From IMG/VR virus record IMGVR_UViG_3300027969_000060, positions 44,992 through 108,991 of that record: a stretch of DNA of 64,000 nucleotides; one strand, 5' to 3'. Under the pieces are notes generated by a model. It ran no database searches and was not told the origin of the DNA. It saw only the letters and a program-made list of their open reading frames with translations. The position numbers were made by a program, and so were the translations under genes. Shown here one piece after another: positions 19,976 to 29,605 of the stretch (positions are counted from its first letter, which is position 1; every line of letters starts with the position of its first letter). Source of the stretch: a virus.

Positions 19976-20443
19976 CTAGGTATCAAAGTTAAAAGCCATG
20001 CTTATTCTGTCTTCATCAGAGTTGTTAGCTAGTACCCGATGTTCTATTCCAGCTGGGGCAATTAAAAGTAAACCTTCGTACGGAGTAATAGATATTACTT
20101 TATCGTTGTGTTTAAATTCTATATTTCCGCTACTCTCAGGAATCTGTATATAAAATACACCTATACTACTTGCCCCACCATGACTGTGCCATCTGTGATG
20201 AGCATTTTTAGGACTTATATTAAACCAAACAGCGGTAGGCGTACTAGTTGCATTTGCTGTTGAACAACAATTTTTTAAAAAATTATCAATCCATTGTATT
20301 TCTTTGGTGTTTGAATATTGCTTAGATTGCCATCCTAAAATGTTACTTCTTAAACGAGGAGTACTTTTATTTTTTAATTCGTAGATGTTTTCAAGTAGTT
20401 CTTTAGGAAATACAAGGTCATATTGTTTAATTTGATCTAGCAT
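19976..20443 (-). CDS. 2OG-Fe(II) oxygenase superfamily protein (TIGR02466-like)
   Basis: WFN...HxxHxH...GVFY...PAGIEHRV...RISMAFN motif pattern. Confidence 0.8.
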   Translation of the reverse strand: MLDQIKQYDLVFPKELLENIYELKNKSTPRLRSNILGWQSKQYSNTKEIQWIDNFLKNCCSTANATSTPTAVWFNISPKNAHHRWHSHGGASSIGVFYIQIPESSGNIEFKHNDKVISITPYEGLLLIAPAGIEHRVLANNSDEDRISMAFNFDT

Positions 20444-20462
20444 ACAATATTTAACTCAAGAG

Positions 20463-20484
20463 AAAGGGCTCCGAAGAGCCCTTT
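20463..20484 (-). terminator. Rho-independent terminator after the major capsid gene
   Basis: AAAGGGCTC-TTCG-GAGCCCTTT with a cUUCGg loop, followed by U-rich bases. Confidence 0.8.
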
Positions 20485-20505
20485 AATTGCTTGGATAAGT
20501 TTAGA

Positions 20506-21675
20506 TTAACTGAACTTAACTGCGCCTGAGGTAATATCAACTTTACCTAAGTAGTCAGCCGCGTTACCTAAAGATGACGCAGTGTTTGACAACTCAACAT
20601 AACCATAACGTGTCATGAATGATACGACTGGTTCAAATGTTGATGGATCTAACACAACACCAGAACTCATTAGAGGAATGTATGGGCAATAGAACGCTGC
20701 CGCATCAGACTCTGATGAACCTTTGTAACCGATCAACACTGCTGTTGCATCGTTTGCGTATGTGTTAACATAGATCTTCATTGCTGAATTCAATGTACCA
20801 ACAAACTTAGTGTTTGTAGGTGCTTCGAATGTACCTTCTGTTGTACGAGCAAATGCGCTTGTAGTAGCAGATTGTAGAATTGTTAAAGCAAATGGACTTA
20901 CTACTGCCCAGTTACCAGCACCGCGACGTGTACGTTGTGCGATCAAGTTGCTTACGCGATTGATCTGAACAGCTAATGCGGCATGCTCATCACCAACGAA
21001 TGTTGCTGTACCAGATACTTGTGACTGGTCATAAGTTTCTGATGCTGAACCAGCTAAAGAAGCTAGGGAACCTAGAATCTCTTGGTCGATTTCAGCAGTG
21101 ATTTCTTGTGCTAAAGCAGCCATAACTTCTGCTTCGATGTCAATACCTTGTTGGGCTTGTGCATCTTGAGCAGCCTCGAATGTCCAACGTGCAGACAACT
21201 TACGAGTTTTAGCTTCAACTGTTTGCTTCAAGATTTGAATGCTCATACGCTTACCAGCCGCACCTTCTAGAGTTGCTGTGCTTGTAGCTTTTGAACCTGG
21301 ATCTTGATCGTTACCAGAATAACCAGCGGCGATCTTGAATGGGCTTAGTGCCTCTTCACCAGCTACTACGCCGTTACCGTTATCTGCATAACGTACACGT
21401 AATGTATGGATTTGACCAACTGGGCCAGTCATTGGTTGTACACCAACTAACTCGTTAGCAATAACGGTTGGCATAACGCGACGGATCACTGGAAGGATCA
21501 CGCGATTTAGTGTTGCGACGTTGCCGGCAGAAGTGGCACCAGCTGTAGGTGATTCCATCAAATACTTGCGAGTATTTTCTAGTGTAACACCCATTACTGA
21601 TTTTTTAGTGCCTTGTAAGCCTTCTAATAGGGCTTCTTTAGTTTCTGCCCAACGGCCATTAAGTAGTTCTGACAT
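20506..21675 (-). CDS. gp23: Major capsid protein (T4 gp23-like)
   Basis: VIRRVMPTVIANELVGVQPMTGPVGQI, KTRKLSARWT, EITAEIDQE, FYCPYIPL, FMTRYG signatures. Confidence 0.97.
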   Translation of the reverse strand: MSELLNGRWAETKEALLEGLQGTKKSVMGVTLENTRKYLMESPTAGATSAGNVATLNRVILPVIRRVMPTVIANELVGVQPMTGPVGQIHTLRVRYADNGNGVVAGEEALSPFKIAAGYSGNDQDPGSKATSTATLEGAAGKRMSIQILKQTVEAKTRKLSARWTFEAAQDAQAQQGIDIEAEVMAALAQEITAEIDQEILGSLASLAGSASETYDQSQVSGTATFVGDEHAALAVQINRVSNLIAQRTRRGAGNWAVVSPFALTILQSATTSAFARTTEGTFEAPTNTKFVGTLNSAMKIYVNTYANDATAVLIGYKGSSESDAAAFYCPYIPLMSSGVVLDPSTFEPVVSFMTRYGYVELSNTASSLGNAADYLGKVDITSGAVKFS

Positions 21676-21686
21676 TTAATTTCTCC

Positions 21687-22784
21687 TTAAAATTTTAGTC
21701 CAGCAAGGCGACGGATATCAACGATATTGCTATCACTCTCGCTGCTACGATTGCTGTTGGAAACTTTGTTTCCGGTAATTTCTTTAGCCTCTACTAGTGC
21801 CTGTTTCTTCTGCGGAGCTTTACCACCAGAAATAACTGATGGAAGATACTTGTCAAAACTTTCGTTTAGTCGAGTAGTTTTTACACTCTCCATTAATTCG
21901 CTCATGATTTCACGTTGCTCACTGTTAAGTGGAGCAAGCAATTCATTCATGATTTGTTTACGCTCTTGCGACTCTTTTAGTTTCGCAATTTCTGCTTGTT
22001 TACTTTCTACTAGAGACAATGCTTGCGCGGCAGCGTGGGTAGCTTCAGCGATTGCTAGCTCTTTTACGTCTATGACTTTGAGTAATTTTGCAGTTTCTGA
22101 TTTCTCAGATAGGTAACTAGTTTGATATTCTGAAGCAAAAGCTTCGAATAACTTACGACCGAAGTCGTTACGACGAGCTGCCTCAATGTCTTCTTTCAAG
22201 CTGTTTAGTTCGGAATTTAATCCTTCACTAACAACGCGATCGACTAGACCAGCGGCACGTTCAATAAACTGTTGCTTAACTTTTTTAAGCTCTTCACGTC
22301 CTTCACGGACTAGACGAACTTTAGTTTCAGCTAAGTCTTGTTTATCTTTGTAAAACTCTGTAATTTCTTGAGCAAGGGCTTCTACAACAAAATGTTCTAA
22401 TGCGCCAAACTTAGTAACCATTTCCATTTGATTTTCATGTAGCTCGGATACTTCTGATGCTAGTTGGCGAGTAACGAATTGCTTCAATACTGCGCTTTCT
22501 GTTTGCATCTTTTGAGCATACTTGACTTTCATTTTGGATAATTGTTTACGGTCATCAGCAAATTCAACAAGCTCAGCAGATAAATGATCTGTAACCATAC
22601 GGTCAACAGCTTCAATCATTGTGTTCTTGTCGTGCTCATACTTCTGAGCAAACTCTTCGCGTAATTGAACTGCGACTTCCTCACGAGCTTCGCTAATGCG
22701 ACTCTCAAAAGCCTGTTCAATGGATTCCTTGATCTCTTCAGAAATCACATTGTTTTCAAATAAACTTTTTAGTGCATCCAACAT
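21687..22784 (-). CDS. gp22: Prohead core scaffold protein (gp22-like)
   Basis: Glu-rich coiled-coil protein between the protease and MCP genes. Confidence 0.8.
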   Translation of the reverse strand: MLDALKSLFENNVISEEIKESIEQAFESRISEAREEVAVQLREEFAQKYEHDKNTMIEAVDRMVTDHLSAELVEFADDRKQLSKMKVKYAQKMQTESAVLKQFVTRQLASEVSELHENQMEMVTKFGALEHFVVEALAQEITEFYKDKQDLAETKVRLVREGREELKKVKQQFIERAAGLVDRVVSEGLNSELNSLKEDIEAARRNDFGRKLFEAFASEYQTSYLSEKSETAKLLKVIDVKELAIAEATHAAAQALSLVESKQAEIAKLKESQERKQIMNELLAPLNSEQREIMSELMESVKTTRLNESFDKYLPSVISGGKAPQKKQALVEAKEITGNKVSNSNRSSESDSNIVDIRRLAGLKF

Positions 22785-22797
22785 GTGATTCTCCTTA

Positions 22798-23424
22798 TTA
22801 TTGGAGTTTGCTTATTATACCTAATAAGCTCTCTTTGAGATATTTTTGTGCTTTAGGATCACCTTTGACCTCTTGCGCTATGCGTAAGGCACTTAATCCC
22901 CCTCGACTATTCATCAAGTGTTCATAAATTGGTGTAGGATATGCTCCTGGAGCACTAGGTTGAGCCACCATATCTACTGTGATGATCTCAAAATCTGATA
23001 CTTCACCGGAGCCGTCATCTTTGACGTTACCGGATCCGCGACTGCTAACTCCTAATTTCACTCCGCTTTCCAGCATTGTGCGAATCAGTTGTCCCATTGG
23101 TGTAGGTAAAATTTTAAGTTTACCGTAACCGTTAGGACCGTCCATCCACATATTTGTTATCATGTGTGATACACGGTCCAGGTTAATTTTTAAATCGTCT
23201 GGATGATCTACTTCTCCGAGAACACTATAACCATTTTGAATCTGATCGTTTAGGGTTTTGACAGCCTTGCCAATCTCATTCACAGGGTAAACACGCTGGT
23301 TAGCGTTGCGTATACCGCCCTGGATGCAAATCCCGGACATGTATAAATTTTTACCATCTTTATCATCAGATTCAACGATCATGTTTGCTTCGTTGAAGCT
23401 TAGATTCTCTCGGAGGTATTTCAT
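22798..23424 (-). CDS. gp21: Prohead protease (gp21-like)
   Basis: NANQRVYP, GEVDHP, GVSSRGSG, DMVAQPSAP motifs. Confidence 0.95.
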   Translation of the reverse strand: MKYLRENLSFNEANMIVESDDKDGKNLYMSGICIQGGIRNANQRVYPVNEIGKAVKTLNDQIQNGYSVLGEVDHPDDLKINLDRVSHMITNMWMDGPNGYGKLKILPTPMGQLIRTMLESGVKLGVSSRGSGNVKDDGSGEVSDFEIITVDMVAQPSAPGAYPTPIYEHLMNSRGGLSALRIAQEVKGDPKAQKYLKESLLGIISKLQ

Positions 23425-23427
23425 AGA

Positions 23428-24258
23428 TTACTTACGTGATCCAATTAGACTCTTTCTATCTGGAGCTGTGTCAGCGGAACCTTTACGTTCTGCACCGTGA
23501 CCTGGCTCTTTCTTTTTAAATGCTGTTTTACCAGCATTTGCACCTGGCTTATTAATGTTACCACCATCTTGAATAGATGTTGTTGGCTTTAATAGTCCGC
23601 CTTGTGTGCCGCCTTTCTCTGTTGAGAAACTCTTAGCAATATTAGCAGTTGTACCGCCCATATCGTTCTTACCAGCTACAGCTGAACGTGTATTAACACC
23701 ATTGTCGCCGTGCTTTGGAGGGCTAATTTTGTTAACATATTCCATCATGTTATCTAATTCATCTGCACCACCAAACTCGTCGCCGCCCATTTCTGGTTCT
23801 GCGCCAAACTCGTCACCGCCCATATCGTGCTCTTCGCCTTCTTCGCCAGCCATTAGCTGTTCAAATTCAGCTTTTAATTCGTCTAGTGCGTCTTCTAGGT
23901 CCATAACACGATCTTCCATGTCACCACCTTCTTCACCTTCTTCACCGTCTTCTTCGTCACCTAGGTCGCCGATCATGTCGTCTGTAGCATCGCCACCAAC
24001 ATCATCTTCGCCGTCGTCTTCGCTATCATCTGCGGCATCGTCGGTTCCGGTATCATCTTCTTCGTCATCCGCTGACTCTTCGTATTCGTTTTCGCCGTCT
24101 ATGGATTCTTCTTTTTCTTCGTCTTCGCTATCTAAAAGACTTTCATAAATTTCGCGGCTTTTTGCAACTACGATATTATGGAAAATCTCTTTTGCTGTTT
24201 CTTGATCTTCATTGATCAACGCCTCTAGCATGGCTTCAAATTGGGTACGATCAGTCAT
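23428..24258 (-). CDS. Highly acidic prohead core protein (positional equivalent of gp67/gp68)
   Basis: D/E-rich centre and basic C-terminus; lies between portal and protease. Confidence 0.6.
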   Translation of the reverse strand: MTDRTQFEAMLEALINEDQETAKEIFHNIVVAKSREIYESLLDSEDEEKEESIDGENEYEESADDEEDDTGTDDAADDSEDDGEDDVGGDATDDMIGDLGDEEDGEEGEEGGDMEDRVMDLEDALDELKAEFEQLMAGEEGEEHDMGGDEFGAEPEMGGDEFGGADELDNMMEYVNKISPPKHGDNGVNTRSAVAGKNDMGGTTANIAKSFSTEKGGTQGGLLKPTTSIQDGGNINKPGANAGKTAFKKKEPGHGAERKGSADTAPDRKSLIGSRK

Positions 24259-24297
24259 TGTTTATCTCCTGTGATTGATGGTTACAAGGCTGTATTA

Positions 24298-24305
24298 TAT
24301 TTACA
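24298..24305 (-). promoter_or_regulatory. Late promoter variant (TGTAAATA) for the core/protease/scaffold/MCP operon
   Basis: TAAATA core about 40 nt upstream of the 24258 start. Confidence 0.5.
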
Positions 24306-24368
24306 CTTTACTTTAAAAAGTGGTATAATATAGCCGCAAAACGACTCGTTTTTAAAAATGCGTGTTAT

Positions 24369-24608
24369 TTATGCCGGCGGCGCCGCTGGGGCCGCGTACA
24401 TACTATGTATAAAACCTAATTCTCTTTCTTGATCTAGTATATGAGCTTCACTGCTCTTTCTTAATTCGTTAATTTGGCGAAGTGTTAATCGTGTCTTACG
24501 AGTATCTTTGCGATGCATTGTGGTAGAGTCGCGGTCAGGCGAATAACGTAAGTCATTTGCTGTCCGTCTTGTATCAGGATCAATATAAAACAATTCGCGA
24601 AGTATCAT
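24369..24608 (-). CDS. Hypothetical head-associated protein, probably leaderless
   Basis: 79 aa. CATAAATA lies 5 nt upstream of the ATG. Confidence 0.7.
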   Translation of the reverse strand: MILRELFYIDPDTRRTANDLRYSPDRDSTTMHRKDTRKTRLTLRQINELRKSSEAHILDQERELGFIHSMYAAPAAPPA

Positions 24609-24613
24609 ACGTG

Positions 24614-24621
24614 TATTTATG
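24614..24621 (-). promoter_or_regulatory. Late promoter (CATAAATA)
   Basis: NATAAATA match overlapping the portal stop codon. Confidence 0.6.
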
Positions 24622-26341
24622 CAGTTGGTACTGTTGCAGGGGCCCCGCCAACTGGAGGTGGTGCGGCGCCTTCTGTGCCTGGAGGTAAGTCACCTTCAAT
24701 GTCTTCCGGAGCACTCATATCGCCTGCGGCTCCGAGGTCGCCTTCGATACCTGCGGCACTTAGACCTGCTGAACGTAATTCTCCGGCGGCATCAGTATAA
24801 GTAGGCTCACCTTTTCCGTTCTCTTCAGCCCACATGCGTTCGTTTTCTGCTACTTCTTCGTCATTTAGACCTAAGAAACGCTTAAGAGCAAAGCGTTTTG
24901 ACATAAACGGAACTGCTTGAATGGTGTTAAATGTGTTAATACGTTCTGCGTCAAGCGCACTTTGACGTGTTGATGCAAAGTTTAAAGGCGGATTAAACTT
25001 TAATTCAAACAAGTTTGCATCAAGATTTAAACCTTTACTGTACATAAACATCTTAAACTCTTCATCAAACATATGTGATACTAGAGCTTGCAAGCGTTCG
25101 CAGTACTTGTTAAAACGTAATTCTTGAATGTATGCTGTACCAACACGGCCGTCATTATAACTTGCTTGACTATCGTCTGCGCCTGTTGGCAGATAGCTCG
25201 ATGGTATACGTAAACCGCGGAATAATTTGTTAGTAAAGTACTTTAAGTCATCAATCTCACCTAGGTTAGTACCGCCTGGTAGTGTTTCAACTTTTGATCC
25301 ACGACCTTCAGCAGTTTGCGGAAAGAAGTAGTCTTCGTTGATGCTTAAAGGATTGTAAGCGGAGTCTATGACATTTTGTCCACCACCCGTTTGACTTGGT
25401 ATGCGGCGTTGGTGAATTTCATTTTTGACACGCTCAACGAATGCCATAGCCATGTGACTTGGCATATTGCCCACGTCAATATGAAATACTCTACGCTCTG
25501 GAGCACGTTGTATACGATAAATTAGAATCGCATCTTCTAGTAGTTCTTTTTGCTTGTAAACTTTAAAGATATTTTCTAATAAACTGTTACCGAATGGGTA
25601 GTTGTTGTCTAATCCTTCACTTAAACTTAAATGAATAACATGTTCTGCATTAATAGCATATTCAGTTTCTGTTGTTCCAAACCTACTACTGCTAGAAGGA
25701 ATGCTTGATCCCTTTTGAGCACCACCTGCACCAAACGGACTTGCGCCACCAATGCCACCACCTTGCCTAGTATTGATGTTAGGAGTTATTTGTGTAGCAA
25801 CTAAATCCATAAAGTTGGGTGCTAGATCTTTAACAACATATTGTTCAGGCTTCTTGCCTTCACTTTCGTTAACAATAACCTTAACTAATTTACTTGGATC
25901 TACATAAGTCCACTTTTGATTTTCAGGGTCGCGAATAAAAAATGCATCACCGTACTTGAACGTGTTACGCATAATACGGAAAATACGTGTGTCAAACTTT
26001 TGCAGTTTGCACCATTGTTGCATGTATTCGCCTAGAATTTTAATTTCTGAGTTAGTGGCTTTGTGGCGCCACTGTACTGTAAATGGAGTTTTGCCGTCTT
26101 TTAGTTTTTGTGTACAAAATTCAGCAAGAATATCTAGTGCCGCGTTAACTTCTGGATCAGCATCCATAGTTTCATATTGCTGATAACGTTCAATTCTATT
26201 AGGACTGCCAGAATATACATCGGGGAGATAGCTACTATAGTTAGATTTAGCTGGACCTGCTTTAGCTAAAGAGTTTGAACTAGAAAGAGGACTTAAAGAA
26301 GTGCCAGTTGGTACTGGTGTAAAGAATTTTTTCCAGCTCAT
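24617..26341 (-). CDS. gp20: Portal protein (gp20-like)
   Basis: LLEDAILIYRIQRAPERRVFHIDVGNMP, EDYFFP..EGRGSKVETLPGG, DDLKYFTNKL motifs. Confidence 0.97.
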   Translation of the reverse strand: MSWKKFFTPVPTGTSLSPLSSSNSLAKAGPAKSNYSSYLPDVYSGSPNRIERYQQYETMDADPEVNAALDILAEFCTQKLKDGKTPFTVQWRHKATNSEIKILGEYMQQWCKLQKFDTRIFRIMRNTFKYGDAFFIRDPENQKWTYVDPSKLVKVIVNESEGKKPEQYVVKDLAPNFMDLVATQITPNINTRQGGGIGGASPFGAGGAQKGSSIPSSSSRFGTTETEYAINAEHVIHLSLSEGLDNNYPFGNSLLENIFKVYKQKELLEDAILIYRIQRAPERRVFHIDVGNMPSHMAMAFVERVKNEIHQRRIPSQTGGGQNVIDSAYNPLSINEDYFFPQTAEGRGSKVETLPGGTNLGEIDDLKYFTNKLFRGLRIPSSYLPTGADDSQASYNDGRVGTAYIQELRFNKYCERLQALVSHMFDEEFKMFMYSKGLNLDANLFELKFNPPLNFASTRQSALDAERINTFNTIQAVPFMSKRFALKRFLGLNDEEVAENERMWAEENGKGEPTYTDAAGELRSAGLSAAGIEGDLGAAGDMSAPEDIEGDLPPGTEGAAPPPVGGAPATVPTA

Positions 26342-26344
26342 TGT

Positions 26345-28714
26345 TTATCCTATAGTAAATCTATTATCAGCGGCTGATGCTAATTGATTATTTCCGCTCT
26401 GTGCAATTTGGTTTCCTTCTTGCAATAGTCCACCCATTCCTGCCACGCTAGTATTTAACTTTTCTAGTAGCCCTGCAAGCATATCTTGATTCGGTAAACC
26501 TGTTGGAACAGCCGCTTCTTGTGTTGCCGGCGCTGGGCCTGTTTCTGTCTGGGCGGCCTTAGTACCTAATTCCGATGAAAGACCAGCAGTCATACCTTTA
26601 AGGCCGCCAAATAAACCGTCTGTGCTTGGCATTGACATGTTAGACAGCGGTTTAAACATATCTGTCATTCCGGAAGTAAGTGGTTTAAACATGTCCGGGC
26701 CAAACTTACCAGCAACTCCTTCTAGAGTTTTACTAACATCGGGCATCTTAATATCACCCATCATCTTAGTAATATCTGGCATTTTACTAAAATCAGGCAT
26801 CTTAATATCACCCATCATCTTAGTAATATCTGGCATTTTACTAAAATCAGGCATCTTAATATCGCCAGTTTTGTTAATTCCAGTTTCACCAGGCATTCCG
26901 TCAATTAATTTACCAACAACTGTATCTAGTTGATTTTGCATTCCGCCTGCGGCATCTTTTGGAGCTGTTGATTCTTTCTTTTTGCTAGAAGCACCGGACA
27001 TTTTTGATTGTAGTGCTTCACCAATAGCAGTCCATTGCTTTTTATTAGAAACTACTTCTTCCCCGTCTAATTGCACCATCTCCCCATTAGGATCAAATTT
27101 TTCTAGGGCTTCCATCCAACCTTTAGGTACACCTTGTGTTTCTTGTTTTACATTTCCAAGTAAATCATCTAAACCTGGACTACCTCCTAAACGTACACGA
27201 GGCGTTGGTTTTTCTACCGGTGTTCTAACTTCTGTTGGAGTTGCTTCTTGTCCTGTTTTTGCGGCTTTGGCGCCTGGCATCATTAATACTGCTTTACTAA
27301 AGTTGTCTACTGCACCTGAAAATTTCTCATAGCCTGCGGCCTGCAGTTTGTTAAAATTATTTCTAGCGGCAATATCAGCAGCCACAATATTTTGAAATGC
27401 TTCAGTTCCTGGTGCTTTTGCTCCGTCTGGTGTTCGACCTGAAGCATTTGCAGCCATTTGGCTTGCTTGAAAGTCTCTAACTGTTTGTACTGAGCCTGCT
27501 GTAGTAGGGCCTCGTTGTCCTAATTGCTGTGCGCCTGTTGATTGCAACTGTAAACGTGACAGTTCTTGTCCTGCAATTCTACGCATTGATTGGCCAACCG
27601 CATCATCAGTGTATTTTTGAGACTGTGCTTGCGCGGCAAATCCGCCTGGACCTTGCTGACGCATGTAAGCATCCATATTATTTTTAGCCAGTTGAAGTCG
27701 TTGTTCTCCTTCTTTTCTCTGTTCTTCTGTTTTAGCGTTTCTTAATGCTAATGCGGCTTCACCTAATGCAGTACCTGCAGGCCCAATAGCACTTAAATTA
27801 TTGCCGGCTTTTTCAGTCACTACACCCATGGCAAATATTTCGTCAATAGAACCTTGAAGTTCACTTCCTAAATCCCCGGTGACATTTTTTAATGCTCTAT
27901 ACGAGTCATTCAGTTCTTTGCCGCCGGACAACAATGCCAAATTCACATCCAAGTCTTCTGATCGAACTGCATTTTCTCTCATCAGCTGGTCTGTAGTTTT
28001 ATTGGTAACGGCAGCATTGTTTAACATTGCCATTGAAAATTCACCAACACTCTTAATAGCTTCTTTTCTTGATTTCTCATCTTGCAATCCAAGATTTTGA
28101 CTTCTTATAAGAGCATTAGTAGCTATCTCATTGATCTGTTCAGGAACCATTCCCATACTTTCAAACATCTTGCCAGGTTTAGACTCTCTAAAATCTTTCT
28201 GGAATGCTAAAAGCTCTTTGGCTGCATCTACGTTATTAGATGCTAAACCAGTCATTGATCCCTGTACTTTTGCTAACTGCGTCTGGAAGTGTTGGACATT
28301 TCCTCCGCTTTCAGCTAGTTTCTTACCCCAGTCGGCAGTTTGACCTGCAGATAACATACCAGACCCAATCATCGCCTTTTGCATGTCTACGGTGCCCATG
28401 AAACTATTTTTCATGGCATCAAAACCAGACTGGACTCCTAGTACATTACCAGTCATCTTGCCTAATCCTGCGCTAACCCCTTCTAGTACTGATCCAACTG
28501 CACTACCACCTTTTCCGGCACGTTCAAATCCTTTCACTACACTGTCAACAGCCCCGTTAACATCTTTGGCATTTGCTCCGGTTATGCTGGCGCCGCCACT
28601 ACCCCCCGGACTGCTGCCGCCAGGAGTGTTCCGTAGAGCGGAGGCAAATGTACTTGCTTGACCAGTAAGCAAATCTTTCATTTGATCGTAGGTAATTGGG
28701 TTGGCACCTGACAT
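26345..28714 (-). CDS. Tape-measure-like protein (putative)
   Basis: 789 aa, helical and rich in A/G/M/Q. Divergent from a chaperone-like frameshift locus. C-terminal F.P.G..V.L.GEE.V motif resembles tape-measure C-termini. Confidence 0.55.
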   Translation of the reverse strand: MSGANPITYDQMKDLLTGQASTFASALRNTPGGSSPGGSGGASITGANAKDVNGAVDSVVKGFERAGKGGSAVGSVLEGVSAGLGKMTGNVLGVQSGFDAMKNSFMGTVDMQKAMIGSGMLSAGQTADWGKKLAESGGNVQHFQTQLAKVQGSMTGLASNNVDAAKELLAFQKDFRESKPGKMFESMGMVPEQINEIATNALIRSQNLGLQDEKSRKEAIKSVGEFSMAMLNNAAVTNKTTDQLMRENAVRSEDLDVNLALLSGGKELNDSYRALKNVTGDLGSELQGSIDEIFAMGVVTEKAGNNLSAIGPAGTALGEAALALRNAKTEEQRKEGEQRLQLAKNNMDAYMRQQGPGGFAAQAQSQKYTDDAVGQSMRRIAGQELSRLQLQSTGAQQLGQRGPTTAGSVQTVRDFQASQMAANASGRTPDGAKAPGTEAFQNIVAADIAARNNFNKLQAAGYEKFSGAVDNFSKAVLMMPGAKAAKTGQEATPTEVRTPVEKPTPRVRLGGSPGLDDLLGNVKQETQGVPKGWMEALEKFDPNGEMVQLDGEEVVSNKKQWTAIGEALQSKMSGASSKKKESTAPKDAAGGMQNQLDTVVGKLIDGMPGETGINKTGDIKMPDFSKMPDITKMMGDIKMPDFSKMPDITKMMGDIKMPDVSKTLEGVAGKFGPDMFKPLTSGMTDMFKPLSNMSMPSTDGLFGGLKGMTAGLSSELGTKAAQTETGPAPATQEAAVPTGLPNQDMLAGLLEKLNTSVAGMGGLLQEGNQIAQSGNNQLASAADNRFTIG
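26742..26863. repeat. Exact 54-bp tandem repeat (about 2.3 copies) encoding DFSKMPDITKMMGDIKMP
   Basis: Unit ggcatcttaatatcacccatcatcttagtaatatctggcattttactaaaatca starts at 26742, 26796 and (partially) 26850. Confidence 0.95.
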
Positions 28715-28739
28715 AAATTAAATCCTGAAAAAGTACGTA

Positions 28740-28747
28740 TATAAATA
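28740..28747 (+). promoter_or_regulatory. Late promoter (TATAAATA) for the gp26-like gene
   Basis: Exact consensus. Confidence 0.7.
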
Positions 28748-28758
28748 AGCGTATGTTA

Positions 28759-28766
28759 TATTTATC
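28759..28766 (-). promoter_or_regulatory. Late promoter (GATAAATA) for the tape-measure-like/portal operon
   Basis: NATAAATA match, face-to-face with the 28740 promoter. Confidence 0.65.
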
Positions 28767-28777
28767 CGGAGTTTAAA

Positions 28778-29605
28778 ATGGCCCAAAATCCACTACAGCA
28801 ATTCTTTCGTCAACCAAAAATTTATATTAAGTTTCCTTCTGAGGGTGCTTATACTAAACCAGGTGTACTACAAGGTAATACATCAAATGCACCCGTGTAC
28901 GGCATGACTGGCATGGACGAAATTTTAATTAAAACACCCGATGCGTTAATCAGTGGTGAAAGCACAGTTAAGGTTATAGAAAGCTGTTGCCCTATTGTTA
29001 AAAACGCATGGGAAATAAACAATCTTGATGTTGAAGTATTGCTAACTGCAATTCGTATTGCAACCTACGGTGATGTTATTACAATTACACATGTATGCAA
29101 TCATTGTAAAGAAGAAAGCGATTACGAATTAGGACTATCTAAACTAATTGAACATTTTGGTGATATCAAATACGACAATCAAGTTGTATTAAAAGATGTA
29201 GTAGTTAGATTGCAACCGTTAACGTATCGTCAAGTTACAGACTACGGGCTTAAGAATTTTCAATTACAACAAAAGTTAAAACAAATTGCGACGGTTGAAG
29301 ACGATGAAGATCGACAAAAACAAATATCAGCAATATATGTTGAATTTGCTCTATTGCAAAATGAAATTTATAGTGCTAGTATTGAAGCAGTTGAAGCAAA
29401 TGGACAAGTAGTTAGCGAAAAAGCATTTATTAACGAATGGTTAGTTAATACAGATAAAGTTTCTATCGACAAAGTCCGTGCTAAAGTCGATGAAAACAGA
29501 GATCGGTGGAAAAATCCACCGCAGACGGTTACTTGTCCTGAATGTAGTGGAGAAAACACAATATCTATTGAATTGGACCATTCAGATTTTTTCGCCAACG
29601 CCTAA
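28778..29605 (+). CDS. gp26: Baseplate hub assembly protein / tail assembly chaperone (T4 gp26-like), with two CxxC zinc-binding motifs
   Basis: R-x-P..I..PS.G, MT..DE, L.AIRIATYG, CNHC and CPEC motifs; ends in ..DFF. Confidence 0.7.
   Translation: MAQNPLQQFFRQPKIYIKFPSEGAYTKPGVLQGNTSNAPVYGMTGMDEILIKTPDALISGESTVKVIESCCPIVKNAWEINNLDVEVLLTAIRIATYGDVITITHVCNHCKEESDYELGLSKLIEHFGDIKYDNQVVLKDVVVRLQPLTYRQVTDYGLKNFQLQQKLKQIATVEDDEDRQKQISAIYVEFALLQNEIYSASIEAVEANGQVVSEKAFINEWLVNTDKVSIDKVRAKVDENRDRWKNPPQTVTCPECSGENTISIELDHSDFFANA

Noticed and set aside
26742-26863. CRISPR or guide-RNA array
   Set aside because: The repeats are contiguous, in-frame and coding, with no spacers and no cas-like gene.
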